DNA from: Alphaproteobacteria bacterium
Lineage (GTDB): Bacteria > Pseudomonadota > Alphaproteobacteria > Rickettsiales > JABDBP01
Assembly: GCA_013288565.1 (NCBI GenBank)
Contig: JABDBP010000002.1
Location: 17,997-81,996, forward strand
Direction: 5' to 3'
DNA length: 64,000 bases
The notes beneath the pieces are model-generated. The model was not told where the DNA came from. It searched no databases and saw nothing but the letters and a program-made list of their open reading frames with translations. Made by a program: the position numbers and the translations under genes. This document shows, one piece after another, positions 33,204-42,276 of the stretch (positions within the stretch are counted from its first letter, which is position 1; each line of letters begins with the position of its first letter).

Positions 33204-35441
33204 ATGAACCGTATGTTTTTTTTCCTGCTCTTCGCTCTCGCTATCGCAGTTTATTGTCCGCCGGGTTTTGCTGCAAGGCAATCGGCCGTCGGCCCCGGCA
33301 TCACTCCTATAGATTCAGATGGTATAACGAATGGCGTTGATATGACCGGTTCGGCGGGTACAGGCACTTTGAGCGTTGGGACGGTTGGCGGCGTGGAAAC
33401 CGATATCTTTCAAGCAAATAATCCTGTGGGGACTGTTGCCGGGCTTGCCGTTTCCACCGATGCCTCCAGTACGGCTAATATAGTTTTCAATAGCAGCTCT
33501 AATGTATATGGAAACCTAGGCATAACCAACCCGGGAGGGCCATTTTTCCTTAATATCTCCGGCGGTAACAACGGGACTACGGTGAATTTTCTTGGGTCAG
33601 TCTTTGGAACAACGTTGAACGTTACCGGGACTGGTGCAGTGAACTTCAATAACGGGGGCAACAACATAACGGCCACGAATTTTGCCGCTGATGGGCAGAT
33701 CAGCCTTGCTCCGAATACGACGGTCGTAGGCGCTCTTACCACCACGGCCGGGGCAAATACCGGTACGTTGGTGCTCGGCAGTGGGAGTGTTTTGGATGGC
33801 GCAGTCGGCGGTGCGGTTGGGCTTAAGGCCATCAACGTTGTCGGCGGAAATAATATTGCCGGGGTGAGCTCAACAATCACCGGCGCGGTGGACGCCTATT
33901 CCTTTTCTCTTGGAACAAATACGTTGCATGTCAGCGGTGCCCTTACGATCGCCAATAGTGGGGCCGGTGGGGTGATCAATACAACCCTGGCCAGCCCGAC
34001 TGTCTTTGGCAACATCCGTCCGGTGGGAACCACAAACCTTGGGCCAACGCTCGGGATCAATGTGACTGTTCCCGCTACATCTTTCTTCCCGGTTGGAACC
34101 CTGTTCAATATCGTCCAAACTCAGGGCGGGGCTCAAAGCGGCACTGCTGGAAGTGTTTTAGTGATAGTCAATGATCCTACCAATCCGCTTTACACGTTTG
34201 TTCCCGTACCTCTCGCTGGCACCACAGCTGGTCTGGTAGAAATAAAAACGACCAACGTACCGTTGCAGGCCGTGCTACCGCCCCCTGCTGGTAACAATGG
34301 GGGGGGAATCCCTCTACCTCCCGTGGTTGTTCCAATAATACCACCCTTAGTAGCCGTGCTTCCGGTGCTTCCGACCACTATCCTGGGTCCGATCAATGCT
34401 ATCCCCAACGCAGTTCAGCTAGCCAGTAATCTCGCACAGCTTTCCGTATCGGCTCCGGATCTGGCGGCACCACTAGTTACCTTTAAGGGAACCCAAGAGT
34501 TTCAAAATCTTTGGTTGTCTCGCCTGGATACCGTAATGTGTGACTCATCCAGCAAGCCCAATAAAAAGAATTCGACCTGTCAAGGAAACGACCAGAGCAG
34601 TGGTTGGTGGATGAAAGGTTTCGGATATTTTGGCAACCAAGATGCTAAGGATGGCTACGAGGGCTATGACTCCAGCAGTGCCGGCCTTATGGCTGCTTAC
34701 GATTTGCCCCTTGATCGTGAAACGCGCGTAGGCTTAGGGCTTGGTTATGCACGAAGCACAATAGATGGAAAGACGTTCGATACCAACACCGATTTCAATA
34801 CCTACCAAGCAATGGCCTACATCGGCCATGAAAGCGGGCCATGGTTTATTGACGGTAATGCTTCGTTTGGCTGGAATGATTATTCAGGCACGCGGAACAT
34901 TATCTTTCCCGGTACAGCTAGTACGGCGGACGCCAGCTACAGCGGACAGGATTACACTGCTTTTGCGAGCACTGGCTATCACTTGCCCGCTCAAGAATTC
35001 ATGGTCACGCCGTTTGCTTCTCTCCAATACACCCATATGGATCTGGATGGCTATACGGAATCGGGCGCTGGTCCTATAGACTTGCAGGTGGGTTCCCAGA
35101 GCTATGATTTCCTCGAGTCAGGGTTGGGAGTGAAGGTGGAACGTGACTTTGCCTATGAGGGTAATAAGTATGCACCAGAGGCACACTTAAAGTGGCTCCA
35201 TGAGCTGAACAACCCAAGGGTCGAACAGACCGGGGCGTTCACGGTTGCAGGCTCGCCGTCGTTTACAGTTCAAGGGTTAAAGCCAGCTGCCGATACCCTA
35301 AATATCGGCGCTGGCCTTACACTCCTCGGGTGCTCATGTAGTTCGAGAACGTGGTCGCTTGAAGCCGTTTACGATTATTACTGGAGAGATGACGGTTACT
35401 CGGCTAATCAGGGTATGCTAAGGATCACTGATCGTTTTTAA
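33204..35441 (+). CDS. Autotransporter (type Va) with Gly/Thr/Asn-rich passenger, Pro-rich linker and C-terminal beta-barrel
   Basis: Signal peptide MNRMFFFLLFALAIAVYCPPGFA; barrel region GWWMKGFGYFGNQD...GLMAAYD... ending in RF. SD AGGAG. Confidence 0.9.
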   Translation: MNRMFFFLLFALAIAVYCPPGFAARQSAVGPGITPIDSDGITNGVDMTGSAGTGTLSVGTVGGVETDIFQANNPVGTVAGLAVSTDASSTANIVFNSSSNVYGNLGITNPGGPFFLNISGGNNGTTVNFLGSVFGTTLNVTGTGAVNFNNGGNNITATNFAADGQISLAPNTTVVGALTTTAGANTGTLVLGSGSVLDGAVGGAVGLKAINVVGGNNIAGVSSTITGAVDAYSFSLGTNTLHVSGALTIANSGAGGVINTTLASPTVFGNIRPVGTTNLGPTLGINVTVPATSFFPVGTLFNIVQTQGGAQSGTAGSVLVIVNDPTNPLYTFVPVPLAGTTAGLVEIKTTNVPLQAVLPPPAGNNGGGIPLPPVVVPIIPPLVAVLPVLPTTILGPINAIPNAVQLASNLAQLSVSAPDLAAPLVTFKGTQEFQNLWLSRLDTVMCDSSSKPNKKNSTCQGNDQSSGWWMKGFGYFGNQDAKDGYEGYDSSSAGLMAAYDLPLDRETRVGLGLGYARSTIDGKTFDTNTDFNTYQAMAYIGHESGPWFIDGNASFGWNDYSGTRNIIFPGTASTADASYSGQDYTAFASTGYHLPAQEFMVTPFASLQYTHMDLDGYTESGAGPIDLQVGSQSYDFLESGLGVKVERDFAYEGNKYAPEAHLKWLHELNNPRVEQTGAFTVAGSPSFTVQGLKPAADTLNIGAGLTLLGCSCSSRTWSLEAVYDYYWRDDGYSANQGMLRITDRF

Positions 35442-35451
35442 ATTATAAGCC

Positions 35452-36822
35452 CTAAGCCACTATCACGAAATCGCTGGCCGATAATTGGCTTGGCGATATG
35501 CCGCTTAAGCTTATCGTCCCGCCATCGGTCAAATGAATGATTCCTGATGAATCAACAGCTGCCAAGGCTTGAGTGCTGTTGGCAAAGATTCGATGGCTGA
35601 TTTCAAACAAATCCTTGGCCGGATTGAAATTGGTTATGGTATTATTAGGCCCGGTCGGGCCGTTCATGTCCAGAACCATATAAACATTGTTGCCGCCCGA
35701 TCCGCCGGTAACAGTATTGGTTCCTCTCTCCAGGAAAATCGTATCGTTCCCGGCACCACCGACGATGATGTTGGCGCCTTGCCCGCCATGAATTATGCTG
35801 TTGCCGGGCCCGCTGATTATAGTATCGTTCCCTAAGTTGCCCTGTATGAAATCATTCCCCGCGCCGGTTACTATCGAATCACCGAACTGGCCGCCGATGC
35901 CCATGCCCCCGTTGTTAGCGATTATCGTATCATTACCAGCTCCCGTATGAACATTTTGTATATGTGTGCCCCAAGCTATGGCAATCTCTGATGATCCGAC
36001 GCTGCTGAACGCTCCTTGTCTTAAATCAAGGTTTACATTTCCTGTGAAACTCATCGTATTGAATGTATTGATTCCACCGCCGTCCCAGATGGTCTGGGTG
36101 GTCAGTGCCCCGGTGATATAGGTAGTATGCCCGACGCTTTGACCCATGCTCGCGTCGAATAGAGAATTTGTGTTTGCGCCATAGAGATATTGCATCGCTT
36201 CTATATCATATTGCATCGGCGTTTGCGCCGGGGAAGCCGCTGAGGCGTAGTTGCCGTAGCTATAAGACATAACTGTATAATCTTTGCTGCTAGTGGCGGC
36301 AGGAAGAAAAGGCCCTAGGCTATCGGCATCGCCGCCGTAATTCTCAGGATGTTTCAGGCCGAGCGCATGGCCAAGCTCATGGATCATCGTTGATATATCA
36401 TCGCCGTTCTGGTTGGCGCGATCCGGACCCATGGATGTCGGAAGAACACGCACTTCCGCATGATAGAGCTGCGTACTGCCGGCGACGACTGTGGGATAGG
36501 TAACGCCGAGCAGCCCCTGCGACAGCAGCGTATTATCCTCGACCAGTACAACGTTGGCGTTCTGCGCCTGGGAGGTACCGGTTACATTGGTGAAATGCAC
36601 ATTGGCAACATTTTTCCAGCTCTGGATGGCGTAATTCATGTCGGCCACAAAAGTGGCGTCGGGCGATCCTTGGAAGGCGTAGGTTATATTGGTTGCCGGA
36701 CGACCGACCGTCCCCGTCCAGGAATACCCAATCAGCAGCGAATCTATGCTGTTGTTACCGGATAGGAACGCCGTGTTGTCAAATCCGTTATAGCTGGAAT
36801 CCAGGCTTATTTTTTTACTCAC
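35452..36822 (-). CDS. Serralysin-like (M10B) metzincin with C-terminal RTX calcium-binding repeats
   Basis: HELGHALGLKHP (HExxHxxGxxH), Met-turn YTVMSYSY, repeats GAGNDTIIANNGG / GAGNDFIQGNLGNDTI / GGAGNDTIF. No signal peptide. GTG start. Confidence 0.85.
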   Translation of the reverse strand: MSKKISLDSSYNGFDNTAFLSGNNSIDSLLIGYSWTGTVGRPATNITYAFQGSPDATFVADMNYAIQSWKNVANVHFTNVTGTSQAQNANVVLVEDNTLLSQGLLGVTYPTVVAGSTQLYHAEVRVLPTSMGPDRANQNGDDISTMIHELGHALGLKHPENYGGDADSLGPFLPAATSSKDYTVMSYSYGNYASAASPAQTPMQYDIEAMQYLYGANTNSLFDASMGQSVGHTTYITGALTTQTIWDGGGINTFNTMSFTGNVNLDLRQGAFSSVGSSEIAIAWGTHIQNVHTGAGNDTIIANNGGMGIGGQFGDSIVTGAGNDFIQGNLGNDTIISGPGNSIIHGGQGANIIVGGAGNDTIFLERGTNTVTGGSGGNNVYMVLDMNGPTGPNNTITNFNPAKDLFEISHRIFANSTQALAAVDSSGIIHLTDGGTISLSGISPSQLSASDFVIVA

Positions 36823-37139
36823 CTGTTCACTATGACGTATAAATTGTCAATCTACATTATAATCAATTTGCATAAAAAAATTGTTAATTTACCCGCTAAT
36901 TGGTTATTTTATATAACCTATATAATACAATGCATGGCTTGGTTTTTTAACATATGGCACGGAAAATATTATTCCTGCCGAGTGAGGCCATCGTGATAGA
37001 AACCTGCTGGGAAGCCCAAAAAATCATAGATTGGCTTAATGAAAGCCCTGTTCTCTGAATCAATGCATTATTAGCATTGCCTAATATAATTCTAAAGATT
37101 ATGGTTCCTTGTGTTTTAATCAAACTAGGGAGTTATGCT

Positions 37140-37424
37140 ATGAGCGATGTTATGAATAAAAATGAACTTGTTGAAGCTATTGCCAAGGAAGCGGGTCATA
37201 GCAAGGCTGATGCTGAGAGAGCATTGGATGCCTTCAGAACCGTGGTTACCAAAGCCCTCAAGAAAGGCACCAAGGTCAGTATGGTTGGATTCGTGACCAT
37301 CGAAAAAAAGAGGCGGGCGGCACGGACAGGGCGTAACCCGCAAACGGGCAAGCCTATCAAAGTTGCGGCTAAAAATGTTGCTAAGTTCAAAGCTGGAAAA
37401 GCGCTGGCCGACGCTATGAATTGA
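37140..37424 (+). CDS. hup: HU-family nucleoid DNA-binding protein
   Basis: MNKNELVEAIAKEAG.SKADAERALDAF...V..ALKKG..V...GF......RAAR.GRNP.TG..I. Confidence 0.9.
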   Translation: MSDVMNKNELVEAIAKEAGHSKADAERALDAFRTVVTKALKKGTKVSMVGFVTIEKKRRAARTGRNPQTGKPIKVAAKNVAKFKAGKALADAMN

Positions 37425-37435
37425 TTTCCTAAAAG

Positions 37436-37512
37436 TGGCGCACCCGGAGCGATTCGAACGCCCGACCTTTTGATCCGTAGTCAAATGCTCTATCCAGCTG
37501 AGCTACGGGTGC
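37436..37512 (-). tRNA. tRNA-Arg (anticodon ACG)
   Basis: The reverse complement folds as a cloverleaf: acceptor GCACCCG/CGGGTGC, D arm GCTC...GAGC, anticodon loop CTACGGA, T loop TTCGAAT, encoded CCA. 77 nt. Confidence 0.95.
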
Positions 37513-37543
37513 TTGCCTCGGCTTATATATTAAACCTGGGGAG

Positions 37544-37600
37544 AGTTGCAAGTTGCAAGTTGTAGAGGTTGCAAGTAATTCTTTGCAACTTGCAGCAAGC
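37544..37600. repeat. Array of five (G/C)TTGCAA(G/C)T motifs upstream of tRNA-Arg
   Basis: Copies at 37545-37551, 37552-37559, 37568-37576 and 37583-37590, plus a degenerate one at 37590-37597. On the minus strand the proximal TTGCAA-N16-TATATA looks like the tRNA promoter. Confidence 0.6.
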
Positions 37601-37610
37601 TGCCTAAGAG

Positions 37611-38465
37611 TTAAATGGCCGTGTCGAAAGATTTTACCCGGTGCCTTTGCTCACCTAAGGCCATAATGCCTAACCGCACTTCGTCGCCGGGTTTCAGGAA
37701 CCGTTGAGGGTTGAATCCCATCCCGACTCCAGCGGGAGTGCCCGTCAGGATTACATCGCCCGGCGTCAGCGTCATGAACTCACTGATGTAACTCACCAGT
37801 TGCTGCACCGGAAAAATCATATTGGCGATCCTGCCGTTTTGCATCCGTTCGCCATTTACCTCGCAGAAAAGACTAAGAATTTGCAGGTTAGGAATCTCAT
37901 CCTTAGTCACCAGCCATGGCCCGAGCGGCGCGAATGTATCAGCGCTTTTTCCTTTCGACCATTGGCCGCCGCGCTCCGTCTGGAATTCCCGCTCGGAAAC
38001 GTCGTTTGCTACGCAATATCCGGCTACATATTCCATCGCATCGGCTTCCGAAACATATTGCGCTTTTGTCCCGATGATAACACCAAGTTCCACCTCCCAA
38101 TCGGTTTTCTGTGAGGCTTTCGGGATGATTATATCGTCATTCGGGCCACAGATTGCGCTTATCGCTTTCATGAACAATATTGGTTCCTTAGGTATTTTCT
38201 GGCCGGTTTCGCGCGCGTGATCGCTGTAATTCAGGCCAACGCAGATCAGCTTCGGAATGCTACCCACCGGCGCGCCGATTCTTGGATTTCCAGCAACTAT
38301 CGGCAGTTTCGCATGGTCAATCCGGCGGAGTTCGGCGAGCGCTTCCGGTGCCAGCGCCGCTGGTGAAATATCCGGGATGACGGATGATAAATCGCGGACT
38401 CGCCCATCATCGGCCAACATTCCGGGCTTTTCATTTTCCTTCGGGCCATAACGCAATAATTTCAT
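37611..38465 (-). CDS. Fumarylacetoacetate hydrolase (FAH) family protein
   Basis: KLICVGLNYSDHA.E.......P..F.K.......P.D.I..P......DWEVELGVIIG; GD.I.TGTP.GVG. Confidence 0.9.
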   Translation of the reverse strand: MKLLRYGPKENEKPGMLADDGRVRDLSSVIPDISPAALAPEALAELRRIDHAKLPIVAGNPRIGAPVGSIPKLICVGLNYSDHARETGQKIPKEPILFMKAISAICGPNDDIIIPKASQKTDWEVELGVIIGTKAQYVSEADAMEYVAGYCVANDVSEREFQTERGGQWSKGKSADTFAPLGPWLVTKDEIPNLQILSLFCEVNGERMQNGRIANMIFPVQQLVSYISEFMTLTPGDVILTGTPAGVGMGFNPQRFLKPGDEVRLGIMALGEQRHRVKSFDTAI

Positions 38466-38980
38466 GTGCCTTTATTCCTATATTCCCCCGCCAGCTCTAT
38501 ATATCTCTGCTCGGAAGTCTTTATGTAATCGATCTCCTCTTGCCGCATTTCGCGCAGGAATTTCGCGGGGTTTCCGGCCCATATCTGACCTTTCGGGATG
38601 CGTTTATGCGGGGAAACCATCGCTCCAGCTGCAATCATTCCGCCGCTTTCCACCACTGCGCCGTCCAGTATCGTCGAGTGCATCCCAATGAAACAACCGT
38701 CCTCCAGCGTTGCTGCGTGGATCACCACTTGATGCCCGATGGTTATGCCTGCGCCGATGATGGTCGGCCCAGTTTTCCGGGTCACATGCACCACTGAATT
38801 ATCTTGGATGTTGGTTCCAGCACCAATACGTATATGGTTAACATCGCCGCGCACGATACAGCCGAACCAGATACTAGCGTGATCACCGATTTCGACATCG
38901 CCGATGATTACCGCCCCCGGCGCTATGAATGCGCTGTGCGATATTTTCGGGGTTTTGCCTTTGTATGTAAGTATTAGCAT
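38462..38980 (-). CDS. Gamma-carbonic-anhydrase-like (LbH/YrdA-PaaY) protein
   Basis: Start at M18 (38980). FIAPGAVIIGDVEIGD.ASIWFG.V.RGDVN.I.IG..TNIQD. The upstream 17 codons of the track ORF fall in the repeat hairpin. Confidence 0.85.
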   Translation of the reverse strand: MLILTYKGKTPKISHSAFIAPGAVIIGDVEIGDHASIWFGCIVRGDVNHIRIGAGTNIQDNSVVHVTRKTGPTIIGAGITIGHQVVIHAATLEDGCFIGMHSTILDGAVVESGGMIAAGAMVSPHKRIPKGQIWAGNPAKFLREMRQEEIDYIKTSEQRYIELAGEYRNKGT

Positions 38981-38981
38981 A

Positions 38982-39061
38982 GAATCTGAGAGTATGAGAA
39001 TCTGAGAATCTGAGTCAAAGTTTTTCTTCACTCATATTCTCAGATTCTTAAATTCTCAGAC
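38982..39061. repeat. GAATCTGAGA direct and inverted repeat cluster between argC and the gamma-CA gene
   Basis: Three direct copies (38982, 38998, 39006) and two inverted copies (39036-39047, 39051-39061). 12-bp perfect stem GAATCTGAGAAT/ATTCTCAGATTC. Confidence 0.65.
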
Positions 39062-39066
39062 TCTCA

Positions 39067-40113
39067 TCAGGGAAACACCGCCACCTGATTTAAGCCCGTA
39101 TCTTCCGGAAAACCGAACATGATATTGAAATTCTGCACCGCCTGGCCGCTTGCGCCTTTCACCAGATTATCGATTACCGAAACGATGATCGCTCGGCCTG
39201 GCGCGCGATCCTCGAAAACATTTATGAAGCAATGATTGGCACCCCGCACTTCGCGGGTGGAAGGAGCATGCCCCGGCGGCATGATTTTCACGAACGGCTC
39301 ATTTTCATATTGTAATTCCAGAATTTCTCTCAACTCCGTTGCCGCAACCCCCGGCACCATTTTCAAATATATCGTCGAAAGAATCCCGCGGTTCATCGGC
39401 ACAACTTGTGGTGTGAAAGTAACCATCACCTTGGTGCCAAGCGCGGTGGCGGATAACGTCTGCTCAATTTCGGCTACGTGCCGGTGCCCGCCCACCGAAT
39501 ATGCCCGCACGTCCTCGTTTATTTCTGCAAAAAGATTTTCTTGCAAAGCTTTGCGGCCCGCACCGGTGACGCCGGATTTCGCATCGATTATTATGCCGTC
39601 CAGCGAAATTTTTCCACTGTTCATCAACGGCACCAGCGGCAGCAGCGCTGATGTAGGATAACAGCCGGGATTGGCGACGAGCCGGGCGTTTTTTATCGCC
39701 GCACGGTAGATTTCGGAAAGCCCGTAAACCGCTTCTTTTTGCAGCCCAAGCGCCATATGCGGATGGCCATACCATTTTTCGTAGGTGGCGCTGTCATAGA
39801 TGCGGAAGTCGGCGGAAAGATCGATAATCCTTACATTTCGTGGTAATTGCGCGATGATTTCCTGCGAAGCGCCGTGTGGCAGGCAACAGAAAACCGCCTG
39901 GATTTCGTTCCACTTCACCTCCGGCAGGGCTACAATTCTTGGCAAATCCAGTGCCCGTAGATGCGGATAAACCTCGGCCATTTCCTTGCCGGCGTTGGTT
40001 TCGGCGGCGAGAGAAATTATCTCGGCATGCGGATGGTTACTGAGCAACCGCACCAGCTCGGCGCCGGTATAGCCACTGGCGCCGAGGATCGCGACGGGAA
40101 TTCTTTTTGCCAT
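39067..40113 (-). CDS. argC: N-acetyl-gamma-glutamyl-phosphate reductase
   Basis: V.ILGASGYTG.EL.RLL..HP; active-site region ANPGCYPT; full-length similarity pattern. Confidence 0.95.
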   Translation of the reverse strand: MAKRIPVAILGASGYTGAELVRLLSNHPHAEIISLAAETNAGKEMAEVYPHLRALDLPRIVALPEVKWNEIQAVFCCLPHGASQEIIAQLPRNVRIIDLSADFRIYDSATYEKWYGHPHMALGLQKEAVYGLSEIYRAAIKNARLVANPGCYPTSALLPLVPLMNSGKISLDGIIIDAKSGVTGAGRKALQENLFAEINEDVRAYSVGGHRHVAEIEQTLSATALGTKVMVTFTPQVVPMNRGILSTIYLKMVPGVAATELREILELQYENEPFVKIMPPGHAPSTREVRGANHCFINVFEDRAPGRAIIVSVIDNLVKGASGQAVQNFNIMFGFPEDTGLNQVAVFP

Positions 40114-40200
40114 AAAGGAGAATATAATTCATTCTTGTAAAATTGTCATTTTTTGCATCGCAACGCGATTCTTGCGCTTTAAGTGTCGGCAGGATCTAAC

Positions 40201-40695
40201 TTAGAACAGTATAGCAATCAGCCCAATAAAGGCCATTGTGCCCATACCTATATTCTCGATTACACTAACCGTGCTGAGAGGCAAGTCGATTACAGTGCCA
40301 AGACAGGCACAGCGGATGTCCGCCCCGCTTTTTAATGCCTTAATCACGCCGTAGGCGCTCACACCCATTACCAATAATGTGATGAGGTTTGTCAGCAGCG
40401 GATAGAGGCCGCTTAGATAACAAAGGCCAAGCGCCAGCTCGATAAAAGGATAGAGATGGGCATAAGGCGGATATTTTTTTGTGAGCCAATCATACATGGC
40501 AAACCCTTTAGCGAAGCCTGCTAAATCCAGCAGCTTGAACATCGCAAAAATAATGAAAAACAGGCCCATGAAGGTTGCCATCCATGTGGTTTCTGCCCGC
40601 GAATAAGAAGCGATTGAGGCAGCGAGAATGACGGCTAGTATCACAATAAGCGGATAATATTTTCCGAAAGGTTTTTGCATTTCTGGTTTCACCAT
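40201..40695 (-). CDS. MauE/DoxX-like membrane protein
   Basis: Four TM helices. FKLLDLAGFAKGFAMYD and the IRCACLG motif resemble the MauE family. Confidence 0.6.
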   Translation of the reverse strand: MVKPEMQKPFGKYYPLIVILAVILAASIASYSRAETTWMATFMGLFFIIFAMFKLLDLAGFAKGFAMYDWLTKKYPPYAHLYPFIELALGLCYLSGLYPLLTNLITLLVMGVSAYGVIKALKSGADIRCACLGTVIDLPLSTVSVIENIGMGTMAFIGLIAILF

Positions 40696-40707
40696 GTTTT
40701 CCTACTT

Positions 40708-41736
40708 TTACGGTTCCCTTCCAAGCACCTTCAGCATCAGCGCCGCTCTTATCCACATGCCGTTGCGCGCCTGTTCCCAATATTTGGCTCTGCTATCGTT
40801 ATCAACCGCTGTCGCAATTTCCAAACGGCGCGGGAACGGATGCATGATTATCGCGTCTTTTTTTAAGTGTGCCAGATGTCGCTCCTCGAAATGGAATTTG
40901 GCATAATCTATTTTTTTCGATTCCCCATTTTCGTCATATTCGTCTTGGATGCGTGTGCAGTAAATTACGTCGGACTTAGGGATTACTGATTCAAAATCGG
41001 AGGTAAGGCTGAACGGCACACCCCGCTTTTTCAGGTATTCCAAAATATCGTCCTTCATCTGGTATTGCTCCGGAGCGGCGAAAAAAATCTCGACCCCCTT
41101 ATAATTCGCCAGCAATTGCGAGAGCGAGCGGATGGTGCGGCCGCGCTTCAAATCACCGACCATCGCGATTTTCTTGCTGTCGATTTTTCCTAAAGAGCGA
41201 TTGATGGTGTATAAATCTAGTAGCGCCTGGGTCGGATGCTCGTCCTTGCCCGAGCCGCCGTTGATGATGGGAATCGGGCGGCCGGATTGATTCAAAACCC
41301 ATGCTGATTTCTCCGCGAAACCTTCCTCGGCATGGCGGACTATTATCAGATCGACATAACTGGAAAATGTGCGAATGGTATCTTCCGACGATTCGCCCTT
41401 TATTTCCGATGAGGTTGAAGTATCCCGGATTTCTGAGGTTTTTATCCCCAGTATATGGCAAGCATTGAGGAACGAAAGAAATGTGCGGGTTGAAGGCTGG
41501 ACAAAAAATAACATCGCGCGCTTGTCGGATGCTAGGGTTTGCAAGGAATCCATCCCCTTCTTAGTTTTTGCCATATCCCTGATTTTATCGGCGAGCGCGA
41601 AAAGTTCGCCGGTAAACTCACGCGTCAATTGCTGTGCGTAAATCAGGTGATGGATGGTTTTATCATGCGAGAAATATTGGAATTTCTCCGCTTGTGGCTT
41701 CGCTTTAAACTCTTTCCAGCCTTTGAATATTTGCAT
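40708..41736 (-). CDS. Aspartate/ornithine carbamoyltransferase family protein (PyrB-like, variant STRTF motif)
   Basis: FVQPSTRTFLSF, IKGES..DT...., HPTQALLDLYTI, MHPFPR. The second Arg of STRTR is replaced by Phe. Confidence 0.7.
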   Translation of the reverse strand: MQIFKGWKEFKAKPQAEKFQYFSHDKTIHHLIYAQQLTREFTGELFALADKIRDMAKTKKGMDSLQTLASDKRAMLFFVQPSTRTFLSFLNACHILGIKTSEIRDTSTSSEIKGESSEDTIRTFSSYVDLIIVRHAEEGFAEKSAWVLNQSGRPIPIINGGSGKDEHPTQALLDLYTINRSLGKIDSKKIAMVGDLKRGRTIRSLSQLLANYKGVEIFFAAPEQYQMKDDILEYLKKRGVPFSLTSDFESVIPKSDVIYCTRIQDEYDENGESKKIDYAKFHFEERHLAHLKKDAIIMHPFPRRLEIATAVDNDSRAKYWEQARNGMWIRAALMLKVLGREP

Positions 41737-41877
41737 TCTATTCTTGGGATTTAATTTCTATCCTCCCTTATAAAGAAACTTACGCAGTTCATCAACCATG
41801 ATAAGTCGCGGGTGCCCAGGCGCGTCACTTTCTTTTCTGCAATAGGCAGTCAGTCCGTAACCTTTGTTAGCAGCGCC

Positions 41878-42168
41878 CTAACCATCCGTCAATAAACCAC
41901 CGGCAATGATGGAGTTAGATTCCCGGCTGGCACGGACTATTTTATATGGGTTCGCAACCCCGCTTTTTTCCAGCGCTTCCGCCGCGCTCTGGCCTTCCGC
42001 CATCACGAATTCTTTTGCGTCCTTGTAAATCTTATAACCGTTGCTGCCCTGTTCAAGCTTTTTATGCGGAAAATGCAATGCTGCGAATACGCCGTCGGAG
42101 GGGATTTCCGCGCCTTGCGGCAAATCGGCGAATGCCTGTGGAGTCAGGTTGACCAGGTTCTTATCCAT
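41878..42168 (-). CDS. Hypothetical protein
   Basis: 96-aa ORF with no clear SD and no recognised domain. Confidence 0.35.
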   Translation of the reverse strand: MDKNLVNLTPQAFADLPQGAEIPSDGVFAALHFPHKKLEQGSNGYKIYKDAKEFVMAEGQSAAEALEKSGVANPYKIVRASRESNSIIAGGLLTDG

Positions 42169-42276
42169 TGGGTTAAGAAAAATCCTATTAACTTATTTAC
42201 ATATCGGAAACTTAATCCTATTATAGCTTTTTCGCGGATGATTACAACTATCAAGATTAATGTAAAGGGTTGAAAA

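Noticed and set aside
37125-37484. A 119-aa minus-strand ORF spanning the hup gene and tRNA-Arg.
   Set aside because: It is antisense to a clear HU-family CDS and overlaps a canonical tRNA, so it is an artefact of open frames.
40120-40130. An ARG-box-like palindrome, GAATATAATTC, overlapping the argC ribosome-binding region.
   Set aside because: The half-site spacing (3 nt) differs from the ArgR box (TGAAT-N4-ATTCA). Only a single box is present, and it overlaps the SD and start rather than a promoter.
42169-42276. An expected SOS (LexA) box upstream of recA.
   Set aside because: I looked for the alpha-proteobacterial GTTC-N7-GTTC / GAAC-N7-GAAC direct repeat and for a CTGT-N8-ACAG palindrome. 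Neither is present in the 108-bp upstream region.
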